From assembly GCF_006345805.1 (NCBI RefSeq), contig NW_021831851.1:8600-72599 (forward strand): a stretch of DNA of 64,000 bases. Reading direction: 5' to 3'. The stretch comes from Octopus sinensis. Taxonomy: Eukaryota. Shown here in pieces: positions 24,617 through 36,699 of this stretch (position 1 is the stretch's first letter; each line of letters opens with the position of its first letter). The notes beneath the pieces were generated by a model. It saw only the letters and a list, made by a program, of their open reading frames with translations, was not told where the DNA came from and searched no databases. Made by a program: the position numbers and the translations under genes.

Positions 24617-25151
24617 CAGGGTGACCCAAAATGCAAAAACAGAACCCACAAATCTTTGAATAAAATTGTATGAATAAAACGATGCAGGGGGGATAGATCG
24701 AGATGATCAGTTGTTCCAGCAAGACGGTGCCAACCCACACACATGACTCTCTCGCTTGGCCGAGAGAGGGATTTCAGGAGAATCTCATCAGCAGGAAATG
24801 TGACGTTGAGTGGGCACCTCATTCACCGGGTTTGAAACCCACCAGATTTTTATCAGTGGGGGTATCACAATGATAATGTTTTCCAAAACAACCCTCACAC
24901 GATTGGTGAACTGAAAGCAGCAATCACTGCAGAAATCAGGGAAATCTTCAAAGAGGAATGTCTTAGATTAATTAGCCATTTTGCGCGACGTATGTCATCT
25001 GGAGCATATTTTGAAATGAACATGATTTTAAGGCAAAGGGAATGATCGTACACAAACCGAAGATTAAGTTTAGCAAATTTCTTGAAATTAGGTGGACCTT
25101 TGTAGGAGTTAATAATATCTTTATGGGTTCTTTTTTTTTTTGGCCACCGAG
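24617..25151 (+). mobile_element. Internally deleted rosa-like (DD41D) mariner
   Basis: Reads FQQDGANPHT..WAPHSPGLKP/DFYQWGY..TIGELKAAI, with ~40 aa between the aspartates. Termini are TA-cagggtgacccaaaa and ttttggccaccgag-TA. Confidence 0.8.
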
Positions 25152-25298
25152 TACTATGAACATTTTTACCCCCTTACTTTTACTCCCTCTCATCACTTAG
25201 CGGTCATTCAAATAACTCTTTTGTCTTAATAACGGTCAATCACACAGTAATTTCCCTTTGTATAACGGTCGTTTTCATAGCATTTTATCCGATGGCCG

Positions 25299-25359
25299 GA
25301 TAACTGAAGAGATGGCGGTGTGGTTTTCCACCTCGGCATCCGAAACTCGGAGTTTTAGC
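25299..25359 (+). ncRNA. Minimal HHR in a Penelope-like terminus (~25195-25447)
   Basis: taa-CTGAAGA-gatg..gtgg(tttt)ccac..catcc-GAAA-ctcggag-TT-tta. The element ends at (TA)n. Confidence 0.75.
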
Positions 25360-25445
25360 AAGGCTACAGAATAATTGTTACATATTACATTTACAGATAA
25401 ATTCCTCTATTTACATAATATCTTTTGTTCTCTTACCATCTTTAT

Positions 25446-25446
<1 letters not shown>

Positions 25447-25478
<32 letters not shown>

Positions 25479-25587
25479 CATATATACATATATACATACA
25501 TATACATATATATATACATACAAATATACATATATATATATATATAAATATACATATATATAATATATACATACACACACACACACA

Positions 25588-25628
<41 letters not shown>

Positions 25629-25751
25629 TACATACATATACATATTATATATATATATACACAAATATACATATATATATATATATAAATATCATATATA
25701 TATACATACACACACACACACACACACCACACACACACATATATATATTAT

Positions 25752-25782
<31 letters not shown>

Positions 25783-25873
25783 CATATATACATATATATA
25801 TATATACATATATATATACATATATATATACACAAATATACATATATATATATATAAATATACATATATATAT

Positions 25874-25934
<61 letters not shown>

Positions 25935-26022
25935 CACGCGTTTACATATATGTATGACTTGTGCGTGTGTTTTATACCTCGGTGCTGCATTCATTTGCAT
26001 ATATACACAGATACATACATAC

Positions 26023-26114
<92 letters not shown>

Positions 26115-26115
26115 T
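25447..26115. repeat. Compound (TA)/(CA)/(TG) microsatellite
   Basis: Direct reading of the sequence. Confidence 0.95.
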
Positions 26116-26494
26116 TACATATATGTGGGTATGTTTTGTGCGTGTGTTCTACACCTCGGGTGGTACAGTTAGTTAGAATATCACGTGCAACGTTTCGGTT
26201 TATATTAAAACGTGATTAATATATTGGTTGAATTATCTAAGTTAATTATGCAGCCAATATGAAAGAATTTTGTTTCAATTTAATTAAATAAGAGGAAATA
26301 ATCTGCATTGAAGTCTACAATATGTAAATTTAAATTTTCCTTAGTTTTATTATCGTTTGTTTCTTCTCTTTTATCACTCGGTTCGACACCGCTACCTCGA
26401 GGGAGACACAGAAGAAACTTCAATATAGTCGCTCTGTATGCTAGAAATAGCAGTGAAGTCACTTTCGTATCTCCCTCTACAAGCGCTGGATTAA

Positions 26495-26877
26495 AAGGAA
26501 GGAAGCACTCCGTCGGTTACGACGACGAGGGTTCCGGTTGATCCGAATCAACGGAACAGCCTGCTCGTGAAATTAACGTGTAAGTGGCTGAGCACTCCAC
26601 AGACACGTGTACCCTTAACGTAGTTCTCGGGGATATTCAGCGTGACACAGAGAGTGACAAGGCCGGCCCTTTGAAATACAGGTACAACAGAAACAGGAAG
26701 TAAGAGTGAGAGAAAGTTGTGGTGAAAGTGTACAGCAGGGATCACCACCATCCCCTGTCGGAGCCTTGTGGAGCTTTTAGGTGTTTTCGCTTAATAAACA
26801 CTCACAACGCTCGGTCTGGGATTCGAAACCGCGAATCCGCTGCCCTAACCACTGGGCCATTGCGCCTCCACAACAAC
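26495..26877 (-). mobile_element. SINE family B
   Basis: Reverse complement of 17724-18106. TSD cgctggattaa at 26484-26494 and 26878-26888. Confidence 0.9.
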
Positions 26878-27386
26878 CGCTGGATTAACTATTAAGCAAA
26901 GGGATGCGGCAGAAATGGTAAATGGTTTACGGCACAAATGAAATCGCTTTTATCTTGCTAAAATAGTTTTTGAAGGGGTTTCTATGAACGGAAATATAAT
27001 TTCGATGATCAAAGATTTTTGCAAACAAAAATTGGAAAGGAAAACTTTTCAAATACAAAATGGAGAGTATACAAAAAAATGTTTTTTAATAAAACTGATT
27101 TTGCATATTACTGTTAATTTTGTTTCATCTTCGAAACAAAACTTTATTATTCGGTTTATTATTGTTTATGTCTTTTCTTTTAATTATTTTCAGTCATTAG
27201 ACTGCGGCCATGCTGGGGCACCACTTTGAGGAATGTTAGTCAAACTTATCGACCACGGTGCTAAGCCTAGTTCTTATTCTATTGGTGTCTTTTGACAAAC
27301 CGCCAGATTGTCAAGAGGTGGGGGGAAAAACATAGATACAAAAACACACACACACACACACATATATATGTATGTATGTATGTATG

Positions 27387-27420
<34 letters not shown>

Positions 27421-27659
27421 TGTATGTATGTATGTATATTCATATATATTTCTATGTGTGTGTGCGTATGAGTGTGAATGTGTGTGTGTGTGGCTCTGTG
27501 ATAAGTAACTTCCTTACTGATCATATGGTTCCGGGTTCAGTCTCACTGCGTGGCGCTTTGAACAAGTGTCTTCTACTATAGCCTCGGGTCAACTAAAATC
27601 TTGTGAGTGGATTCGGTAGGCGGAAACTGAAACAAGCCCGTCGCATATATATATATATA

Positions 27660-27787
<128 letters not shown>

Positions 27788-27934
27788 TATATATAATATA
27801 TGCTTCTGTGTTTGCGTTCTGCCCGACCTATTTCTCTACTACTCACAAGGGCTAAACACAGAGGGGATAAACCGAAAGGATGAAAGCAAAGTCGACCTCG
27901 GCGGAATTTGAACTCAGAACGCAACGACAGACGC

Positions 27935-29010
27935 AAAATTCATTAGCGGATTCTCGCAAGGTACTGTGCTGGATTCACTTCTTTTTATTGTCCATATCAA
28001 TAACATTGCTGATTCCATCGAACACAGTACCATTTGCGGATGACTCTTAGCTCCAGAAAGTCATTACGGGAGCATGTGATAGAACAATTCTTCAATCGGA
28101 CCTATGCGCAGTAACCCATTGGGCACAAAAAAATAATATGCTGTTGAACGAAGAAAACTTTGAACTCATTCACTTTGGAAAACAGGACACACTCAAACAT
28201 CCGCATACACTACCGTCGGTCGACCTACTTCAACAGTAGGATCATATCAGAGACTTCGGTGTAACTGTTGACAGCAACTTTATCTGGGGTGTGTACATCA
28301 ACAAAAAAGTAGATGTTGCCCGCAGAATTTGCTCATGGATCCTCAGAACTTTTCAATCTAGGGGTCATGAAATCATCATCCTTAGCTTCTCCACATTCGC
28401 TAGGTCCCACTTCGAATAGTGCTGCCGATTGTGGTCCCTCTACAAAAAAACAAGACATAATGTGGATCGAAGCGCCACAAAGATCAATCCCTAAAAAACT
28501 AAATGGCATGATGGGACTTGATCATTGGGCTCGACTTAAACAGTTGAAACTCGATTCTCTGCAGCACCGCGGTGAGCGATATATTATTTGCACATGTGGA
28601 AAATATTCCACCAATATTATCCAAATGATACCGGCATTATGGTTACAATTCACCCAAGACTATGCCATCGTGCAATGCGTCCTCTACAAAAGTTGAGGCC
28701 ACACCACATAAGAACATTGCAACACAGTTTCTTCACTGCAAATGGTCCAACTATGTTCAATGTTACCCAGAGAGAAATTAAAGTAGAAAAAGTCACTGCA
28801 ACTTTCAAACGGTACCTGGACAAATTACTCCAGGAAATGCCGGATAAACCACCTACACCTGGATACGTCCCAACCAACAACAACTCTCTGTTTGACTGGT
28901 CCATAGTGTCCCGAAATAATTCACTAAAAGACTTTTCCAGATGGTGCATTTAAGTTAGTCATGGCTTGGGCCGATAATGGCCGAAACCATTTTTATGGGT
29001 TTTAAGTTTT
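27935..29010 (+). pseudogene. 5'-truncated CR1-group LINE reverse transcriptase (RT) remnant
   Basis: Reads SGFSQGTVLG, FADDS, LQSDLCAVTHWAQKNNMLLNEE, HIRDFGVTVDS, WILRTF and FKRYLDKLLQEMPDKP, with stops and frameshifts. Confidence 0.9.
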
Positions 29011-29464
29011 ATATATATATAATTTAGAGAAAAACCACCATTAAACAATTTAATAACGAATTATATATTATATATTGTGAAATTTGATTTTAAATTGTTA
29101 AATTGAATTTTTCCCTGTAAGTTTTGGAATTATATTCCCTACTATCATTATTATAAATTTTATATATATTTATAAATATGTATGCTATATATATATAAAC
29201 TTGTATACATATCCATATGTATGCATAGACACATATACATGCAAACACGTACACGCGTGTATACGCATTCCGATATATAGATAGTGAGAAAGAGACACAG
29301 GTAGAGTGGGGGCAGTAGAAGAACGTGACTAACTATCCTATTCACTTTTATTTTGTTAAGTAGTTTTCTAATTACGAAACGAAATTATAGTTCCCGTTTT
29401 ATTATCATCTTTTATTATTATTATTATTGTTATTATCATTATTATTATTATTATTATTATTGAT

Positions 29465-29785
29465 ATGAGACCCCCTTCGGTCATGACTGACCATGGGATT
29501 GCATCTAGAAAGTTACCCTCCCAGGCAAAAGTCCGGGAAAGTTTGTTTATGGAAGAATAGCAGTCGCCCATGCATACCGGCTTCCCTTCTCCACGCCAAC
29601 AGTGTTATCAAAAGGAAAGGCAAAGGCTGATACAGCTTGGCAACTCATTTCTACAGCTGAGTGAACTGGAGCAACGTGAAATAAAGTGTCTTGCTCAAAA
29701 ACACAACACGCAGCACGGTCCGGGATTCGAACTCACAACCTCACGATCGTAAGCTCGACGCTCTAACCACTGAGCCATGTGTATT
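29465..29785 (-). mobile_element. SINE (D-type head, tail Y)
   Basis: Minus-strand A-box tggctcagtgg and B-box gttcgaatcc. Homologous to 46617-46955. Confidence 0.85.
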
Positions 29786-29851
29786 CACACACATACACAC
29801 ATGTATAAAGGCTAGCAAGCCGAAACTTCGAAGTCCTCACTATTATTATCA

Positions 29852-29884
<33 letters not shown>

Positions 29885-29887
29885 TAT

Positions 29888-30442
29888 TGAGTGAGAGAGC
29901 AGTGCATGCCATCAAAGTGACACTGGGGTAAAATATACGAAGCCCAATATACCCATCATGACTACTCGTCTGATAAGGGTACACTAGGCACATGCATCAC
30001 AACCGTATGTGCGCGACATGGGGATCTCATATCAAGATAAACAGCGCATGACCTTGCAGGTGGGGCCCAGTTAGAATTTTCTTCAGGTTGAGTAGCCCAT
30101 CCCGCTCAAAACGTCCCTGAATAAGGGTTGTTTAAGGATGTTGAACGAAACACCCCTGTTTCCAAAGGTGAATTATTCAAACCCCAAAGAATCCCTCTCA
30201 ACACATGGCTATGATGCTCCCCCACTACTTCTGCTCGTGATCAGAGATGCACATATCGTCAGCCACTAAGGGACATGCTCAACTGGTTAAGGTCAAACAA
30301 CTGACAAGCAAATCTGTGGTATTGAGCAGAATATTTGCTGTAGCTCATCTTTTATACCAAGACAAAACAATGTACATGATAACACTTCCAATCAGTTAAG
30401 ATCAGAAGCCATGAGAGCCCCTGCCTGGTACTGCATCAGGGC

Positions 30443-30445
<3 letters not shown>
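29888..30445. mobile_element. Unclassified ~560-bp element inserted in (TTA)n
   Basis: Flanked by (TTA)n on both sides. Its left end matches fragments at 56041-56085 and 56276-56312. Confidence 0.6.
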
Positions 30446-30502
<57 letters not shown>

Positions 30503-30610
30503 TTTTTTTTTCATATGCGCTCAACAGATTAGTCTGGTGGAAAAGAAAAATATCCTGATATCGGGCCACAACAAGTAACCTTAGATGCCAAGAACTCTCC
30601 TAACTACTGA

Positions 30611-30958
30611 AATATCTGTTTCTATCGCATCGCGCTCTTCGTCTTGTCTGTATAACCTTGGGAAAAGTTGCGTCAATCCATTTAATTTATATCAAAACCT
30701 AGCAGATTGAAAAGATGATTGATTTTATGGTACACCGAATATGAATTGGAACATTTAGAAATTCTGGAAGTATGTCATTGCATCAACGTGTGGCCGCTGG
30801 TTGCTGTTGTTCATACTTTAGATTTGAATTTCTATAATTTTGAATTTTTATCAATTTCTATTTTCAATCCAACAAAAACAGTCCGTCGAAATATCGTCCA
30901 ACCAATAAAATATCTATTACTATCGCTTCGCGCTCTTCGACTTGTCTGTTTACCTCAG
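30611..30958 (+). mobile_element. Partial-tandem (~298-bp unit) Penelope-like terminus, HHR decayed
   Basis: aaatatct..cgcgctcttcg.cttgtctg occurs at 30611 and 30908. Homologous to 58330-58520 in reverse. Confidence 0.6.
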
Positions 30959-31023
30959 TGAAGAGTTATGCCAATCCTTTTAGAATATTATTTTTGTTGT
31001 TGTTGTTGTTGTTGTTGCTGTTG

Positions 31024-31079
<56 letters not shown>

Positions 31080-31861
31080 TGTAGTAGTTTTGGTGGTTTT
31101 GGTGGTGGCTCCGGGAGTGGGGGAAGTCAGAAAGAAACGGAAAAAAAAGAACGGATCATCGCAAGGGAGAGATGATGTGCCGTCTGCATGTCCCGAAGTT
31201 GTGCCACCCACGGTGGAAGAAACGACCCAACCCTTAAAGATGATGAATTAATTATATTTTTCTACAAGGGCGGGGAGGTGGAAAAATAGTAGAAGAACAT
31301 AAAGAGACATTAGATATGCCTTCACACGGGGTCCCGAATGGCCTCCACAGATAGCTGTGGAGGTCTTAAGGTTTCCCTTGTGGGAAAGGCTTAAAGGATT
31401 TGGTGAGGAGTGTCGCATATGGCCGGGTGGCTCTTACACGATTTACATGTCCTACATGAGTGAGGCATGGGAAATGGCGGGATGCAGGAACTCAAGCGTA
31501 TTGAAGATAATGATGGATATATTGATGGATATATCGATGAGTAGGAGGTGAAAAAGCCTCGTTAGAAGGTTTGAAACCTCATCTTGTATTATTTGTAGTG
31601 GTTTATAAGCTCAATTGTGTTTTTTTTTTTTATAAAACATATTAAGTAAGAGGTTTTAGTGCCTCCTTCTTGTAAGAGGTTTGAAACCTCATATTTATTT
31701 TTAAAAAAAGAAAATATGTTTTCGAGAAAAATCCAATCGACGGGTGTTGGGTTTCGTCTCTTATTTATTCATTTTATTTCATTTTCATTCATTAATGTGT
31801 TTTTCTAGCCCGCAAAGCGACCCAATCTTTGTACTGTCTATATGGCAAATTTTATTAAATA

Positions 31862-32269
31862 AAGTAGCTTACTTACGAACCACATGGTTCCGGGTTCAGT
31901 CCCAGTGCGTGGCACCTTGTGGAAGTGTCTTCTACTATAGCCTCGGGCCTACAAAAGCCTTGTGAGTGGATTTGATAGACGGAAACTGAAATAAGCCCGT
32001 CGTATATATGTATGTATATATGTGTGTGTGTTAGTGTGTATGTATGCTTGTGTGTCTGTGTTTTCCCCCGCCCCAACATCGCTTGACAACCGATGCAGGT
32101 GTGTTTACGTCCCCGTAACTTAGCAGTTCGGGAAAAGAGAGACCGATAAAATAAGTACTAGGCTTACAAAGAATAAGTCCTGTGGTCGATTTGGTCGACT
32201 AAAGTCGTTGCTCCAGCATGGCCACAGTCAAATGACTGAAACAAGTAAAAGAGTAAAAGAGTAAAAAAG
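31862..32269 (+). mobile_element. SINE family A
   Basis: Match to 2161-2605. Confidence 0.9.
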
Positions 32270-32700
32270 TATGGTAATTGATATACTTGTGTTAGTCTAT
32301 GCGACTAAAATTGATGTTACTGGCCTCTCTTAGCTCAATTTTGTATAAATTATGTGTGGTCTAAAATGCCTTTGGCAATTATGAAATATTTTCTAGAGGA
32401 GAAGATAATTCTAATAAATCAAGACTTTATTTTGTATGGTATTTGATATACTTGTGTTAGTCTATGTAGCGAATATTGGTGTCGCTGGGCTCTCTTAGCT
32501 CAATTGACAAATAAATTATGTATGGTCTTAAATGCCTTTGGCAATTATGAATCACCTTCTAGAGGAGGAGATAATTTTAATAAATCAAGACTTTATTTTG
32601 TACGGTATTTGATATACCTCTGTTAGTCTGTATGACTCCAACAGATGTGCAGCTGGTCACTCTGAGTAATTTCTCTTAACTCAATTTTGTATAAATTACG
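32270..32700. repeat. ~165-bp tandem repeat, 2.6 copies
   Basis: Units start at 32270, 32435 and 32601 (ta.ggta.ttgatatac). Confidence 0.85.
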
Positions 32701-33365
32701 CAAAGTACCTAGAGTTCATGCTTGCTTGAATACGGATCCAACAGCCCCTGCGGAGCACTGAATCTCTTTATCGAAAACAAGGGCGGAGACACCGAGTCCG
32801 AGTGATGACGACAGAGTGGATTCTGCCACAGACATCATGTGGCGAAGTTATTAAAACGATGCAGCCACACTGTGAACTTTACTAATGATCCATGTGCAAT
32901 CATATTTATATTTGTAACACGTAAATTAGCATATCTAACCTTACAGCAATGTGCATATCTCGCTTTGATGCACTGTGCAAATTCTGCATTGCATCAACAC
33001 GCTTGTTTACTCTAGTATCGTTATGTGTATTAATATTACATTGTTATACGTGATTAGCATAGTAGTAGTGTGCACATCCAGCTTTGTGCATTAATGCAAA
33101 GCTTGGATTACTAAATTCAATATTTAGCATTGCAGTAACCTGAATATCTTGCGTTGCAGTTTCATTAATGTGCATATTTATTACTGCCGTATAATGCATC
33201 TCTAATTTTAGAGCCATGTGCATATCAAATCTTGAATTAATGCGTAAATTTAGACTTGTAGTAATGCAAATATTCATTCTTTAATTTGCATATTAAGACT
33301 TGCAGTAGTTCATATATTGAGACTCACGGTAATGTAATAATGTACTGCTGTAATACAAGGTGTGT

Positions 33366-34085
33366 AAGGCGGCGAGCTGGTAGAAACGTTAGCACGCCGG
33401 GCAAAATGCTTAGCGGTATTTCGTCTGAGTTCAAATTCCGCCGAGGTCGACTTTGCCTTTCATCCTTTCGGGGTCGATTAAATAAGTACCAGTTACGCAC
33501 TGGGGTCGATGTAATCAACTTAATCCTTTTGCCTGCCCTTGTTTGTCCACTATGTGTTTAGCCCCTTGTGGGTGGTAGTAAAGAAATAGGTATTTCGCCT
33601 GCCGCTACGTTCTGAGTAGAAATTCCGCCGAGGTCGACTTTGCCTTTTAAAGGCGGCGAGCTAGCAGGATCGTTAGCACGCCGGGCGAAATGCTTTGTGG
33701 TATTTCGTCCGCCGCTGCGTTCTGAGTTCAAATTCCGCGGAGATCGACTTTACCTTTCCTCCTTTCGGAATCGATAAATTAATTACCGGTGACGCACTGG
33801 AGTCGATTTAATCGACTTAGTCCGTTTGTCTGTCCTTGTCTGTCACCACTGTGTTTAACCCCTTGTTGGTAGTAAAGAAATAGGTATTTCGTCTGCCGTT
33901 ACGTTCTGAGTTCAAATTCCACCGAGGTCGACTTTGCCTTTCATCCTTTCGGGGTCGATAAATTAATTACTTGTTACGCACTGGGATCGATGTAATCGAC
34001 TTAATCCCTTTGTCTGTCCTTGTCTGTCCCCTCTATGTTTAGCGCCTTGTGGGCAATAAAGAAATAAGAAACGCTAGCAAGCCGG
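33366..34085 (+). mobile_element. Tandem cluster of SINE family C
   Basis: Head ggcggcgagctgg.agaa.cgttagc, then four copies of the ttcaaattccgccgaggtcgac motif. Confidence 0.85.
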
Positions 34086-34428
34086 TCGTAGGATCGCAGT
34101 TTCAATTCCCAGACCGGGCGGTGTGAATGTTCATTGAGCAAAGTGACCTAAAAAGCTCCACGAGGCTCCGGCAGGGTGTGTTGGTGAACCCTGCTGTACT
34201 CTTCCACCACAACATTCTCTCACTCTTTCTTCCTGTTTCTAAAGTACCTGTATTTTAAAGGGCAAGCCTTGTCACACCCTGTGTCACGCTGAATCGCCCC
34301 GAGAACTACATTAATGGTACACGTGTCTGTGGAGTGCTCAGTCACTTGCGGGTTAATTTCACGAGCAGGTTGTTCCTTTGATCGGATCAACTTGAACCCT
34401 CGTCGTCGTAAGGGACGGAGTGCCACGA
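34086..34428 (+). mobile_element. SINE family B, 5'-truncated
   Basis: Match to 17765-18103. Confidence 0.8.
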
Positions 34429-34499
34429 TGGTAGAGTCCGTACTCGACTAAAAGAAACATAAATCAATAATAAATAAATAAATAAAAAATTTTAATACT

Positions 34500-35342
34500 G
34501 ACGCAGGCATAGCTGTGGGATAAGAGGCTTGCTTCCCAACCACATTGTTCTAGGGTTAGTCCTACTGCCTGGCACAACGGGAAAGTATCTTCTGCTATAG
34601 CCTCGAGCCGACCAACGCCTTGTGAGTGGATTTGGTAGATGGAAACAGAAGGAAGCCCGTAGTCATCATCATCATTATTCGACCGTGGTCGAGACAATGG
34701 AATTTACCATGCTACGCCAGACTTCACGGTCCATCACGGCATTACGGAGGTCCTGTTGGTGGATGCCTGTATCCCTGGAGATTACATCAGGGTAGGAGAG
34801 TGTTCGCCCTCTGGCATTGCGAGTAGATGGCTTCCAGAGGAGGAGAGTAGAAATTACCGCTTTTTCAGCTCTACAATAATGTCCAGTAAACTGGACTCTC
34901 CTACCTTTCACAAGAGATGAGACAGGTGGTAATTTCCCATATATTTGCATTTTGGTTGGATGGCGCTTCCACGAGAGATTTTGAGCTCTCATAAGGAGGC
35001 GAGTATAGGTTCCATCCAACCACCTCTCAAGCCCGTAGTACATATATATGTGTGTGTGTGTTTGTTTGTTTGTTTGTTTGTGTGTGTGTGTGTGTCTGTG
35101 TGTGTGTGTGTGTGTATGTGTGTGTGTGTGTGTGTGTGTTTGTGTTTGTCTCCCACCTCATTTGAAACTAGTGTTTACTTCCCCGTAACTTAACGAACTA
35201 GCGGCTCAGCAAACAACACCGATAGAATAAGTTACTGGTTTTTAAAAAAGTACTGGAGTCAATTTGTTCGAGTAAAACTGTTCAAGGTAGTGCCCCAGCA
35301 TGGCCACAGTACCATATTTGAAGCAAGTAAAAGATTAAGAAT
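34500..35342 (+). mobile_element. SINE family A interrupted by an RTE-like LINE
   Basis: Head at 34500-34663 and remainder at 35029-35342. Confidence 0.8.
34664..35028 (-). mobile_element. RTE-like LINE 3' end
   Basis: ORF 34675-35043 (LDGTYTRLLMRAQNLSW..RRVQFTGHYCR..LLLWKP..MDREVWR) with a (GAT)n tail. TSD aagcccgtagt at 34653-34663 and 35029-35039. Confidence 0.85.
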
Positions 35343-35427
35343 AAAACTTAGAAAATAACCTTGCCTAAACCTCGGAAAATAAATATAGGTATGTGGTTGA
35401 CCCCGACCAACAGACGCTTCCTAGATA

Positions 35428-35823
35428 TCTTTATATATAAAAGTGAGGTTGTGTATTGTCTGTCTCCTATGATTTAGATTCCTAACTACTCTCACATTTT
35501 GCGGTGCAGTTTAACCAAAACCGAGTATCTTATAGTCGTGATTCATATCGAGCCCTTCTGAGTATTAGCGCGCGTCTACGATGAGTCTACGATTTTAAAA
35601 ATAATTTACCATCAATTTTTCCTATTTTTAATGCATTTATGGCATATATAAGGGAAGTAACTCTCTAAAAATTTATCATTAAATCTCAGAACGTAAAAAG
35701 CTACAGTAACACCCCCCCTTTGTGGTTAGCCATATTGAGATGGCTATTATACTTTACATCTCTAAAAATGCTTATATAGTTATTTCCCTTACAAACTCGA
35801 GCAACGCCGGGCGATACAGCTAG
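35428..35823 (+). mobile_element. Non-autonomous Helitron
   Basis: Starts A^TCtttatatataaaa and ends gagcaacgccgggcgatacagCTAG^T. Confidence 0.75.
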
Positions 35824-36378
35824 TAGAAAAATAAGACATTGTCTGCGTCGGTCTGAAACCTAATGAACTGAATACGTATTGTCGTAGTGGTCGGTTTATT
35901 GAAAACAAAGCTAACCTTCATTATTTAAGTAATAATTAGATAGCATTTATATTTTGATCACGGATAATCTGACGATAGCGCTTTCGAAGAAACACCAACG
36001 ACAGCCAAGATTTCAACTGAAGCATTATTATACTATAAATGTAGACATTTTTTTTTTTCAAAAAAAAAATTATATTACAATAAAAGCTAATTACATTAGT
36101 GACATAATTAAAATATAGATTCTTAAAAACGATATAATTAATTTTACGTAATGTTGTTACTATGAACATTAATCTACGGTTGTCAAATTTAAGCTACTAA
36201 TTAATAACAATTAGAAACGTGTATTAAATACAAAAGAATTAATCAATATTAATAAATCTCCATAAAATATTTCAAGATTACCTAATTATGTGAAAGTGTC
36301 ACATTATTTCACTTATATATACACTCACACATACACGCACGCATACACGCACACATATATGTATATATTCATACACAC

Positions 36379-36429
<51 letters not shown>

Positions 36430-36432
<3 letters not shown>

Positions 36433-36651
36433 TAATAAATATTAGGGAATAAATCCAAATTACAGGGAAAAATCAGATTTAGGATTGAATCCAATTTTAT
36501 AGTAAAATATTATATTATATTAAATTAGAGACAAAACCACTATTATGCAAATCAAACAAAGAAAGACTTAAGCCAATACATAAATTAATTTATGTATTGG
36601 CTTAAGTCTTTCTTGTTTGATTTGCATAATAGTGGTTTTATCTCTAATTTG

Positions 36652-36660
<9 letters not shown>
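36430..36660. repeat. Repeat terminus with spacerless palindrome (36512-36660)
   Basis: Arms of ~74 bp centred at 36586/36587. The ttacagggaaaaa end also occurs at ~29110 (-) and ~38930 (+). It lies inside (TA)n. Confidence 0.8.

Positions 36661-36699
<39 letters not shown>

Noticed and set aside
30370-30445. HDV-like ribozyme at the end of the TAA-inserted element
   Set aside because: Two hairpins are visible on the minus strand, but I could not build the nested double pseudoknot.
31100-31700. GC-richer stretch as a host exon (also 4850-5330 and 52520-53060)
   Set aside because: There is no sustained ORF or recognisable domain. Shared aagaggttt..cctc motifs suggest an old repeat family.
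33366-34085. CRISPR-like regularly spaced repeats
   Set aside because: The intervening sequences are themselves repeated, the context is eukaryotic and there are no cas genes. These are SINE multimers.
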